Below, in pieces: positions 35,221 to 46,876 of a DNA stretch of 64,000 nucleotides. The notes under the pieces were generated by a model. It had not been told where the DNA came from. It saw only the letters and a program-made list of their open reading frames with translations, and did not search any database. Origin of the DNA: Raillietiella orientalis (lineage: Eukaryota); assembly GCA_036172245.1 (NCBI GenBank), contig JAYWIR010000041.1:1674001-1738000 (forward strand), written 5' to 3'. The position numbers and the translations under genes are program-made. Each line of letters opens with the position of its first letter. The first letter of the stretch is position 1.

Positions 35221-38099
35221 GTGACGACGTTGACGAGGTACGCCGCTTGGGGAAATAGTAGAAAAGATCGGAATATCTTGAGGAAGTAAAGAGCAGGATG
35301 AGAAAGATGTAAAGGGGATAGAAACTCCCTCAGCTAGTGTCTGCAGAGATGCACAACTTCATCAGCCCACCTTACCGTTCACAGCTGGAGGCTATGACTT
35401 TCGCGTCTTCCCCTACGAGAAGCGAACAGGGATTTGCCTCGCTTTCCTGGATGACTTGGCTGTTTTCCTGTACTTTGGGAGTGAAGAGGTTGTCCTCAGC
35501 ATGTTCCAGACAGCTTCTCTATGCTGCCAGGAGGGACCTCATGCAAGGAGCTTCCATCCTTTTTATATTTCCACCTTTTTTGCTTTCTTTTACAGCAGCA
35601 TTTGGTGGGCTGGGAGTTCCTCGACGACTGTTCCTCTGAGTGAACAAGCGGAAACAAAATTTCCGGATCTTAGGAACCTAAGAAACTATGCATCACCCTT
35701 CCTCCCGTCTTCATCACACATACACATACACACATGCAAGACGTAGGAGCTATGGCAAGGAGAGCACCTGCAACATCGAAATGCATGCTTGCATCGAACG
35801 CAAAGTCTTGCCTCCGGTAAGCTGGAACAGAACTCGAAAGAATGGAAGAAAACATCGTCAAAAATGGTGTTGAAGAAGAGAAAGTATCGATCCCTCTAAA
35901 TCCGCGTCACTGACAGTCATGTCACAATGTCATAACGCCATCACCATGACAGTGTAACATCTTAGTATTGTGTGAATCCTCTGTATCTATCGCTGCTTCA
36001 TCTCTTATGCAGGCTCCACTGATGTACGCACTTTGTGCCCCCTTTCTTGCAATGCAGTGGCCACCCTTTTGCTTGACAAGAAGCCACCAAAGAATGGCTG
36101 ATGCAGAGGAACGAAAGCAAAGGTGTGTGTGTACGTGTCACGATCGTGGGAAGTGTAGCGCCAGGAAGGCATCCAGGTTGCAACGGAATGGCCCTTTCTT
36201 CGCACAGTCTTTAACTTTGCGTTCCCTGGAAACTGGTCTCCGAGGATATGAGTTTCCTCGCCCGGTACCCCTTTTTTGGAATGCCAGAAAGAGTTCCAAA
36301 GCAGCACTATCCTGTCTTCCTTTTGCAGTTGTTTCGTCGTTCCTGTTTTCCCATCCCGCAAACAACCCGTTTATCCATCATAAGTGATTTCCCAGATGAG
36401 CTTTATCTACGACTCATAGCATTTTCCGGGAAGTTTCCACAGCAGATTTGTGGGCCTGAGTCTCTGTATAAATATATCTATCAGGTAGTCGTTTTACTGC
36501 AAACAGTCTGGAGAAATTCCGGAGACGCATGAGCCTTTCAAGCCACGTTTCACTCTTAGAGCTGCATTATCTATCAAATGTACCTTCCGGAAGAGAAGAG
36601 CTCTTCCAGGTCGGGACCTCGTGGAGAAGCTTGTCAAGTGGATCTCGCGAATGGAATGCCTGCTTCTGTTATGTTCTACGATCCCAGGAACGTTCTGGGT
36701 AGGACAACCTTCGTTGCACTCGCACAATGTTCTTTCACCCCTTACTCTTCTCCAGCGAAATGCTCCTCTAGTAGGATGCAGGGAAGTCGCGAGTTCTTTC
36801 AGTATACGCAACTTTTATTCCAGGTATGGATGGATTACATAAAAGGCTAGGGACATTGTGTTTATCTTCCAAAGGTAAAACCATGTGGTATTTTTGAGAG
36901 ACATGAACTTCTGACATTCAGTCTTCAGAATAAAGACGAAAGAATTTCATAGTCCCCAAGTCCAACAAGCAGTGAGGGGACTTTATTAAGCACACGTTAA
37001 ACGAGAGTGTTTCATTTGCATTCCTGAATAAATGCAAAATGTTCTGGCATCCCAAAGCGACTTTTTCTGGAGAGCTGCTTTTCATGATCGCCGACAGGGA
37101 ATCGCATTTCGTTTAGCAGTTCGAAAATGACACCGATCAGAAGGAATCTCATTCCCAAGACTTTCAAAGACCCACTTCGAAAAGGTCCTCTTCAAATTCG
37201 CCAATGTGCTCCAGAAAGTGAGAAATCAACCTCATCCATAACCCGACTCTTTCATTCGGAGCAATCAATCTGAAACATCTAACCAGCAGTTGGAAGTGGT
37301 GCAAGAGATTTTCACTCTTCAGCTCTCGACACACATTCCGAATCTACTTTTTTCTCCCAGAGAGATGAATCGGAATTCCTACCAGAAGCGAGCACATCCA
37401 AGAGAACGATGCAACTGGCTTTGCCGTCAGAGCAAACGCCCTGTATTCCTCATTTACACAAACCAAGAAAAAAATGCAGGACACCTGACGGGACTCGGGT
37501 ATCCTGTAGCACCGAATTTGAAAACTCGGAACCACGCGTTCTCGTTCGAAACAGCGCATTTCACAGGTGCGCTTCATCAAGGATGAATCAGGAAATGTGA
37601 AGAACACGGAGAAGGACTGGCCGGGTGCGATTCCTTCCTCGAAGTATGTACAGTTGTTCCCTGTTAGAGTGAGTAGGCAAGAGCCACGACGCACAACCAC
37701 ACAGACTGTTACAACAACTGTTACAACGTAAGGACAAGGAGAAATACTGCACAGGTCCAGGAAGCGAAGGCTAAACGAAAACAGAACATTCTTCAGGGAT
37801 TCCTCATGCTTCTGAATCTTTAAAGATTCTGTGGGAGTGTTTCCGGTTGAAGCTTCAATATTTTCCCAACGCAGAGATGGAAAAAATACACATCAAGAAA
37901 ACGAGGCGAAGGAACTGCAGAGAAGAAATAAGAGAAGCCATCTTTCAAGAGCTGGTAGACGTCTTCTGTAGGTCAGATTTTATCTGATAAGACTCACAAG
38001 TTGCATCAGGACTCCATAGCTCATGATTAGAACTGGATGCACTGGCAAAGCAAAGGAAGAATGTACGTTCTTGCAAGAGGAGTCTCAATTGCAGGAACA

Positions 38100-38420
38100 G
38101 GCACACTTGAGACAAATCTGGAAAAGATGCTGGAAGAGTTTTTTTTACTGCTCATGAAATCAGTTTCTATAATATGAACTCTGTGAAAGAATGAGAAAAA
38201 ATACCAGATAAGGTGGGGTACCTCTTCTAAAAGTAGATCTTTTTGAAATTGATGATGATGCTTGGGTAAACGCTCTCTGGATACTCGATTTACCTTCCAT
38301 TCAGTTAGCAGAGCCAACTGTGATTCCCCCAAAAATTGGAATCTCCAGATAAAAGGCAAAATGGATGCTGAGCTGCCTCTCATGACTGTGAACGATCTCA
38401 ATGCCCTCGGAACTAGTTAT
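38100..38420 (-). mobile_element. LINE APE endonuclease remnant
   Basis: HPFCLLSGDSNFWG..NGR*IE resembles PF.L.GDFN....WG....GR.IE. Confidence 0.4.
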
Positions 38421-39325
38421 AAAAATCCCTTACCCTGATTTTCTGAAAATCGACATAATTAGTAGGTGCTCGTTCCCACTCCAGGGCACCTTCCAGAATA
38501 TATTTTCACACCTTTCTAAGCAGTTCCCTCCCTCCCTCCCCCACTAATGTCTGTGCTCTGATAAGAATCTTTATCAGGTCTCCGACTTTGGATGAAAGCG
38601 AAAGGCGTTGGAAACTCATTACTCGCCTAAGCGATAACCCTATTACATGGTAACAAATCCAAATGTGTTGACTAACAGGAAAAAATGTTCACAATGATTT
38701 TTTCATCTTTGCAATTTAAGGATCAGAATTTTAGTGGGAAAACAGCGGCCACTCGAATAGAAGAGGCTGGAAAGCACGCACCAAGCCCTACGGCTTTGAT
38801 TCTGCAAAGTGGTTGACATTTCGTTCGAGTTCAAGGAAAAAGGAATGGGAGTAACTCAGTTTCGAGCATTGGTATCTTTTTTCTTGGCATCCGGAATAAC
38901 ATTTAGTGTTTGCGTTTTGTGTGTATTGCATCTTATTTACTTCTCTTCTCGAGCAATGTTCTTCGGTGAATGAGTGAAAAAAACCAAGTTAAGAGTACCA
39001 AAAGTAGTGCAAAGATCAAATTTTATTTGTTTGAGCCGTTTCTTTTGCTGATGCTTTAGCAGTGCCGTCAGCTCTCAGAAGGCTTCGTTGACCTTCGTTG
39101 ATCAATGCTCCAGAAATGTGTTCTCCAAGTTCAAAAAGCAAAAGCAAAGACTGTTTGAGAAGTTCGAGATCCATTTACTAAGTATTTGGAACAGGGGCTG
39201 AAGATGACCAGAAGAATTCGTCAGGAGGAATTAGTTAATATTCTGGGAAACAAACATGCTTATGTTTAGATTGTGACAGAAGGATGCAATTTTCAGAATG
39301 GTTCTCGCGGGCATCTCTACGACAG

Positions 39326-39448
39326 ATAGCTGATGCGATACTTCGTGATGGTGATGTCATAACAGGAAGCGATTGCATAATAGAACAAGAAACTGGTAAA
39401 ACCACACTTGAAGCAGGAAAAATCTATCTTCGTGGAGCGGTTAGAAGG
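39326..39448 (+). other. Bacterial endosymbiont-derived fragment: Wolbachia phage WO DUF4815-like protein
   Basis: IADAILRDGDVITGSDCIIEQETGKTTLEAGKIYLRGAVR is recognised from memory as close to the N-terminal part of Wolbachia prophage DUF4815 proteins (IGDAIFRDGDVITGSNCIID.ETGKVTLE.GKIYLRGAVR). The frame is uninterrupted, the sequence is A-rich, and similarity stops abruptly on both sides. Confidence 0.85.
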
Positions 39449-39759
39449 GCGTATCTGTGTGCAGGAAGTTGGTTTGCTGGTCGGACTGTTTAAAGCCTCA
39501 TTTCGGCTTCAAAATCTGTATTCTACTTTCCCAAGAGAAGTCCGAAACTCAGGCAGTTTGGTGTTTTTGTACGATGTGAAGCTCCGTTCTGTTTCACCGA
39601 ACTTCAGCTATTGTTTTCATCTTTTTCACAGCTGAAAAAAATGGGCCAAAATTTGGGTGGCGGGCTGTTGCTAAATTTTCATTCATCGCTTGAAATCCCG
39701 CAAGCGTGGAAACATTTTCGCTGACAGGAGTTCATGAATGTGAGTCAAGTAATTATCCT

Positions 39760-40790
39760 CAAGACATTCTCTTCTTGGAAATAATGTCTGCATAAACTTT
39801 AGAAAAAGGTCTTCCTGAAAGGACACGAGCTCAAACACATCCCTCCGTAAGCTACAGTTAGTTCTATATCCAACCAGCTGTGAGCTTATCCTATCCTGTC
39901 TGCTGCCATGGAGCGTTCTTCCATAGATGAACCAACATGGATTTAATAACAGGATGCTAAAAATATGGGCGAGATTCTCTTCACTTGTCTCAACTCTGTA
40001 CTTACATGACCTCGTAAGTCATATCTGCGGGTTTGCAGCAGATGCACTCGCAATCAGAGATACCAAATAAAAAGGAAGCATACGTAGCACAATTCTTCGA
40101 AGTACGAATCCTGAACCTTGTCAGATACTTTTATGCCAACTACAGAATGCAAAAATGGCATCGGAAGTATCAGGTAGGATAGCCTCAAGCTATCCTTCTT
40201 GATTGCTAACATTTGCTTATCACTGCTGCGAGAGTTCTTCATCGTTTTTCGTGACAAATTCGTCCTACCCTGAAGAGAACATCAAGTAGGGTATGAGAAA
40301 TACTCTGGAAATGGTTGGAGAGCTTTTGAAGAAGCATAGTAACAGGAGAATAACGTTTAACATAATGAAAGGATAATGGTGAGGTTCCAGTAAGAAGAGT
40401 TTTATCAGTGGTAAGAGAAAATGGCCCCATCCTCAACTTGACAACCCAAATTACCAAGGAAAAAGGAAGAATACGATAAGGTGGAACGACGAATGAAAGC
40501 GAAAACTCTTCTGAATTTTCTTGAAGATAAACCAGGGAACTAAATTGCAGCACCACAAAATACTGTGCTTCCTAGATAGCAGAAAAGTAGATTGGTCTCC
40601 TGGGAATCTCAGAATAGGGTACGAGTTCTAGTTGATAAAGATATCATGTTGATGAGACGTCATCGCCATGTACCTCTTCAGCGATTAGAAAAGCGTTCGC
40701 AGAAGCGGTGGGTTGTCCAAAACCACGGGGTGAGCTCAAGAACAGGGAAAAAAAACAGAAACTTTCAAAGTCTCGAGTGTATCGTGGATG
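39760..40790 (-). mobile_element. I-like LINE ORF2 remnant (APE to RT start)
   Basis: FFLGNL (cf. LGDFN), LLTGTSP.SFH, SNHF (cf. SDH), PIFLASC (cf. RPISLTSC), QLVGYR (cf. Q.GFR), in order. Confidence 0.55.
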
Positions 40791-41849
40791 TTTCCTAGCA
40801 ACCAACTGTTTTTTTTTTTTTTTTTTTTTTCAGATAAATGAGGAAAGAGCACAAACACAGGTTTGATCTCTAGGCCAGCACTTTTAGATATGCCGTCACC
40901 TTGCTGAGGATGTTTGTTCTTCGATGGGAGAGATGAAAATCCGCTTTCATCGCTGATCATTTAGGAATCATACTGAAAGCAGATTGCTGTAAGATAGATG
41001 ATAGTATTTAAGCAAAGAATCCAATTAGTCAAGGCATTTCCGCCGGACAAATGGGTTCTTCTTTACGATTGGCTGACCAAAACTCTTAGGCCGAAGGAAG
41101 AACACCGTGAGTGAAGACGAAGACAGAAGTCACCACTTGATCTTGCTTGCAGATGTGAGTTTACTGTTTTGTTGGACAACCTTGTGCAATTTTCCTTTTT
41201 TTTTTTTGGCCTTTACCTAATGTGGGAATATTTGTAAATGAAAAGGGATGCAGCGCAGAGGTTCATCATCATCATAACTTCAAACTTTTAGACAAAAGCA
41301 AACCCGGCCATTTATAAACAACTGAGTCTCCTCGATAAGACGTGTAACTTCTTCAACAATTTCAGCATAATTTGTTTGAAACGGCAGTAAAAGTTGGCTT
41401 CCAGCCTGCCAACGCAGATTAAGACCACTGAGTTTCTGTCCAGTGAAATGTTTCGCAAGGAAACATAGATATTCACAAATTCTTTTGGCTAGATGGGTCT
41501 TTGACTGTGGCAAGCACTACCCTCCATATCACCATCACTCCATCACGTTCTTTTTCTTTCTTCCTTTCCATTGCATACCTCAATGGTGAATCTCTGTCAT
41601 CGAATTCTGCCCTCAAGCGTTTGTGAATCTTTCAAGAATGTTTGCTTGGGATCATTCGTGATCATTATACTTTGTGAATACCACCAGGTGATTCTATCAA
41701 AGTGCGTGCGGGTGAATGGAATTAATTTCCCTCACTGCCGTTTTTGACTTTTCCTCTGAGGGTCTCCCAGCATAAATGTGAAACCATTTTTAAAGTATAA
41801 GATTTAAAAGATTCAAGATTACATAGAGAAATGCATGGAAGGATCTCCA

Positions 41850-42560
41850 GAAGTTTCATTGACCTGTCTCGCTTCATCCTTGTATTTAACCCTGTTAAGT
41901 GGGGAGCATACGGGATTTCCCTCTTGTCCTCCGGCGAACAGCTTCGACGTTTCTTTGAGCTACCGTAGTGACTTATTTTCTGTAGAGGTCGTTGACCTTA
42001 GCGTGCCTTGGATGCTTGACAGAGAACTGCTCCACATCCCTAGCAAAAGATATCATGTGGTCTTTTCGTCAAAACCCCAAAAGTAAAGCCAGTTCCCTGA
42101 AAGTAAAGCCAGTTGTTGAGGGCGACGGTCTCCTGAGGAGAAAGACGCATTGAGTAGCTCCTCGAAGGCAGGGACCACCACCTCGTCGAACCAAGCCAAT
42201 TATGAAATGGAGACCAGAACCTGAGTGGTCCAGAGGTATAAACCCACCCTTCTTTATAAGGTGGGGCATATTTCGAAGTCTGAATACATGAAGTTTGTCA
42301 AAGAGTTCCATCGTCCCGAGGTGCGCTCCGACGATCTATGTGCACTTGCAATTCTCGATGGAGACGAGAGCTTAACTCCATACCGCAAGAATGCAGTGCT
42401 CATCCACCGCCTACTTCAACTGCCAGTGAACCTCAAAGAGTGGAAGATTTTCCCACCCGGAAGGATAAGGCAATGGTGCTCACATCTAACAGGAATCAAC
42501 TTTCCTCTACATCGTCAAGGATACCATGGTCGTGGAATGTAGTCGGCAATGTCTACGTGA
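41850..42560 (-). mobile_element. LINE reverse transcriptase remnant
   Basis: TIALSF..GK, LFDKL, PQETV (cf. PQGSV), SFARDV (cf. FADD), in RT order. Confidence 0.5.
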
Positions 42561-42599
42561 TTTAGAGGAAAATAATACTCCACTGTTCTCATAAGGTAT

Positions 42600-42890
42600 T
42601 CAGTGCGTTAGCTGGAGCGCGGATGGTAGTGCCAGGCAGGTCGGTCTATCCCAGACGAACGCTCCACAGCTCACGACATCGGGAAGCGCCACCGGGAAGT
42701 CTTCTCCATGGAGATGACCGCCCAGTGAATGGCATTCTGCTGTTGTGGCCTGACACAGATGCAGACCATTTCGCCAGGATTCCTCGTATGCAACAGAGAA
42801 CTGCGACACACGCGGCTGCTGCATGGGCGTCCTGCATCAAGAAGCGACGGAAAGTGTTTCTTGGGTCGCCAACCGGAATATTCATTTACA
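42600..42890 (-). mobile_element. Tx1/L1-like ORF2 C-terminal fragment
   Basis: NIPVGDPRNTFRRFLMQDA..CVAVLCCIRGILAKW is homologous to 24082-24390. Confidence 0.75.
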
Positions 42891-43830
42891 CCCGGGTGCG
42901 TCAGGGCGTTTATTCTTGCGAACAAAACTTATATAAATTCTGTGTCTTGACCAGTGGTCCAGCCACGCCCTAAATGTTTGCAGCCTGACGGGTAACCGGA
43001 GTATGCAGACCGGTGCAGTCCACCTCGGCAGCAGAGGGGAGCAAAAAACAAAAAGAAAAAAAAATAAACAAAACTGGGGAGGGAGCAGGAAGGGATCACA
43101 GTCTGCTGAGAGGATCCGTCATCCTCTGGAATATGCCGGCAAGCTGTTGCTGGATGTTCGATTCCAGATGGGGCCATCGCGTCGCCATCCTCAGGAAGCG
43201 GGCGGCATATTCGCAGGCATCCCTGTCTGTTGGGTCCTCCCGTCGCCTTGCTCCATGCAGCGACGATCCCGCGTAGGCAGCACATGGCTGCAAGCGAAGC
43301 CGCTGCGGCAGAGCGTCACGGACGAAGAGGGGTCGCAAAGCGTCTCTGGGGTTGCCTCCGGGGATTCCCAGGGCCGCGGCAAAGCGTTTCCACAGGGGCC
43401 GGAGGGCAACACAATCCACTAAGAGGTGGGAGAGGGATTCCCTCCCCCCGCACCTAACACAATTTGGGTTCACACACACCCGCGTCCCTGGTGCTGAGAG
43501 CGTAAACCTGCCACCTTGGAACGGGCCGATCGCCGTCTCTACCTTCTGAAGGCAGCTGGACCACGCATCCGAAGGGAGATAATCCTCCAACGGTGCACTG
43601 AAGTACTTGAAGTACCGTACCGTGGGGATCCCCAAGCGGATCCAGTCCAGCTGCCCTGCCCACGCCGCTCCAACTGGCATCACGGACGACTTCGCCCTGT
43701 TTACCCTTAGCCTGTTCCCGACTCAGAAAGTCGAAGAACTCCTCGACCACGGGAAGCCGGAGTGGACATGGGGAGCAGCAGCAGAAGGTCGTCCGCGTAT
43801 GCTGAACGGCGTATCGGGACAATCGCTCGG
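42891..43830 (-). mobile_element. Tx1/L1-like LINE: RT core to 3' end with a large internal deletion
   Basis: SAYADDLLLLL (YADD at 43788-43799), LRVNRAKSSVM and VRYFKYF..WSSCLQKVE run directly into NPNCVRCGGRESLSHLLVDC. A 3' UTR with AATAAA follows. Confidence 0.92.
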
Positions 43831-44360
43831 CAGGTGAGCCAGAGTTTCCCTCTACGCTCTCAATACCAATTGGAAGTAGGTCATGAAGAGCAAGGGACTC
43901 AGGCTGTCACCCTGCCGTGTGCCGCGTCGCACCAGTACGCCATGCACGGTGTGCCCGCTGAAAGAAATGAGCGCGTCGCGCCAGCAGGAGCACAGGTAGA
44001 CCATCAAAGAGAACGGAAATCCCAAGCGTTCCAGGAGCTCCAGAAGGAGTCGGAATGTTCAGGATGGACGACAGTCCATTCCACATTGGGAGGAGGGAGA
44101 CATACTCGATTAGCAAGTGGGGAAAGGTTTCCCTTTCCCTGCAGCCTGCACAACTGGCATCCACATTCTCTAGTGTCCAATGAGAGAGACATGCTCTGCA
44201 AAGGAGTCCCCAATGCAACACGAGCAACGCCGTCTCTTGCCACTCCTAGGAGAGGGTGCCATTGTCCCAACGCGCTGGGGGCCACTTCACCTCCTCCGGA
44301 GGTATGCCAAGCAGCTCACGATGAAGTAGTGACATGGTTTCCATGGTTGAAGACGTGATG
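43831..44360 (-). mobile_element. Tx1/L1-like zf-RVT fragment
   Basis: LHWGLL..HWT..DASCAGCRERETFPHLLIE..MWN. Nucleotide similarity to 24350-24460. Confidence 0.8.
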
Positions 44361-44699
44361 CATCTTCCATCGTTCAGGTCTTGTGCCACATGGAGGTGCT
44401 GGGAGCAGTCCCTTTCCCGGTATGGGAACCACGGCAGTCTACCTCTAGGCCAGGAATGAGGATCAGTAACTGCGAACAGTTCGCCACGAGTGGCAATAGC
44501 CACAGAATGCGACGGTATCGTTGCATCACGAAAATGAAGGGAAGATTTCGCCGCAGGACCCTCGAGCTCTAGAAGCATCAAGAGACCACTGCTGATCAGC
44601 AGGGCCAGCATCCGCGAGGAAATGAAGAAAAACATAAACGAAGACGAACTGGATGAGGCCGCCAACTGCTACGGGGTACGCAATGTGAGCCTGCGAGCG

Positions 44700-45210
44700 G
44701 TTGGCACGATATGCTGAAGAACAATTTGCCACCAGATTCTCAGGATAACCTCCTGAGGCACTACCATGGAGGCATCGTGAGTGGCTCCCGACTGAAACAC
44801 TGGACAAGCAACAGCCAGGACGAGCTCTGGAAGTCTTGTGGAGATAGGGAAACCCAGATCCACGTTTTCACCTGCTTCACGCTGGGCCAGGATTTGAAAA
44901 CTCTGAAGGCGGTCACCGGTCTGCAGGCGAAGACGTGGATGGAGATTTTGGCGGGTATGCTTGAAGGGGATGGGAACATTCTCCGATACAATCCCATAAT
45001 TCGAACCACCATCGCCCTCTTCACGAACATCGCGAGAAGGGCAAAGATGCGGAACACCGGAACGAAGGTGCCTGCCATGAACATCATCCAAGGAGTGCTT
45101 AAGGATGAGAGGAATCAGGAACTGCTGCAGGATACTCTCCTGGACTTACTGCTACATCTTGAAGAATATGGCGGACGATGTCCGCGTGAGTGGATTACAT
45201 TGCCCACCTG
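44700..45210 (+). mobile_element. L1/Tx1-like ORF2 C-terminal fragment, different family
   Basis: RHYHGGIVSGSRLKHW...KSCGDRETQIHVFTC matches the zf-RVT pattern, in a 166-codon open frame. Confidence 0.65.
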
Positions 45211-45520
45211 ACTCTATTCCCAACCACCACCAAAAGAAAAGATTTTTCCAAAAGCGAACAGAGAAAGTGCCAATTGGTGACTTGAAGTGTTGTGTGAAGG
45301 AAGACTCGAGAAAGTGTCTGCAAAAATGTATCATTGTAATTCTTAATTGAATGTTGCTTAATAAATATACCCATCCGATGGTCGATCTGAGGACAATGCG
45401 AGAAGATTCCTGATGCCGTCAGTGGTCGTGGTTGCTAGAAGCTGCCCTCTAGAAACGCTTTCTTCGCCTGGCCAGCCTGGCACACCACGAAACGCAGAGA
45501 AGTGAAGGAGCTGCCTTCCC

Positions 45521-46292
45521 ACCCGGGTAAGCAAGTTTACTTAATGAAAATAAACATTTACAATTTTTGTGGTATAACCAGTGGTTATACTACAAAAATG
45601 GGCGTAATTGGACCAGTGGTCCAATTACGCCCATTTCAAAGGGCACCTGCCGGATTGCCGGCACGCACACCGGTGAGGTTCCTCTCGGCAGCAAAGGGGA
45701 GGGGGCAAACAAAAAGAAACAAAAATAAAAAATAAATAAACTTGGGAGGGTGCGGGAGGAAATCACATTCTGCTGAGGGCGGTACTCTGCATCCTTTCGA
45801 GGATGCTGGTAAGTTCGCGCTGCATATGATCCAGGTGAGGCCATCTTGTTGCCATCCTCAGGAAGCGGACGGCAAAGTGAATGGCATCTCTGTCGCTCCG
45901 TCCTCTTGCATTGCTCCAGGCCCTTACAATCCTGCGTAGACAGCGGAGAGCTGCTAGCGAGGCTGCTGGACCAAGGGCGTCGCGTACGAGGAAGGTTCTT
46001 AATGTGTCCCTGGGGTTGCCGCCGGGGGCTCCTAGGGTCGCGGCAAAGCGTTTCCAGAGGGGCTGGAGAGTAACACAATCTACAAGCAGGTTCAAGAGGG
46101 ATTCAAGTTCCTCGCAACTGACACAGTTCGGGTATACACGCACCCGGTTCCAGTGATGCCTGCGGGCGCTGCATGGGAGACCCCAGTGCAGCTGCATCAA
46201 CGCAGACTCCTACTACTCGAAAGGGAGGGTACGAGTGTCTAAGGGCACTGGGGGCCACTGTAGATTTTCCACCAGAATATCCAGCAGCTCAC
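45521..46292 (-). mobile_element. Tx1/L1-like LINE 3' fragment, copy B (near-identical to copy A)
   Basis: Matches ~28400-29112 with scattered substitutions, plus a ~35-bp palindromic insertion near 45586-45620. Confidence 0.92.
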
Positions 46293-46319
46293 CCCAGCTC
46301 AGAGCTGTCGGTACATGAG

Positions 46320-46495
46320 GAAACCGGCATGTGCGGTACCTGCGGGAAAAATGGGCATCCAACAAGAAAGTGCCCTCTTGTCGACTCTCGCTACCGCGAT
46401 CAGCTCGGGTGTACTGGGCAAGTGTCTCCGAAGCTGACAAATACGTGCTGCTACGGTCTGCGTGCGGTAAGGGCACCGTGTCCGCGTTTGCGAAG
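46320..46495 (+). mobile_element. LINE ORF1/gag-like CCHC zinc-knuckle fragment
   Basis: CGTCGKNGHPTRKC is a perfect CX2CX4HX4C. A second, broken knuckle follows (..VCVR*GHRVRVC). Confidence 0.75.
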
Positions 46496-46876
46496 AGCGG
46501 TAAAGTCCGCGACGGCAAGACCGGAAGCTGCAGCGTTGACCGGAAAAACGACAACATGGGCGTCCGCGAGACTGTCGGTCTCAGCTCCGGAAACGCTCTC
46601 CCCTTCGCTAGGGAAGAATTCCGGCGAGTCTCGCAGGGCTGGAAGGAGGTAAGCAAAAAGGATTCCCCGCAGCCTGCCTCCCCAAAGGCGAGTGGAAAGA
46701 GAACAGACCTCGCGACGGAAAGAGGCGCGCGAAAGGGTCCTCCCCTTCACCCAGGAGGGCGCCGTCATACCTCCACAAGGAGCAGCAGAGAGTGCCGGAG
46801 GAAGCGCTGCAGGAGGAAACGGAATGGAGGAAAGGAGGAAACGCGCGCCACGCGGAAGGCAGTGGGACTTTTCCGA

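Noticed and set aside
35960..37600. Degenerate C2H2 zinc-finger array
   Set aside because: Only scattered Cys/His pairs are present, with no complete finger or TGEKP linker.
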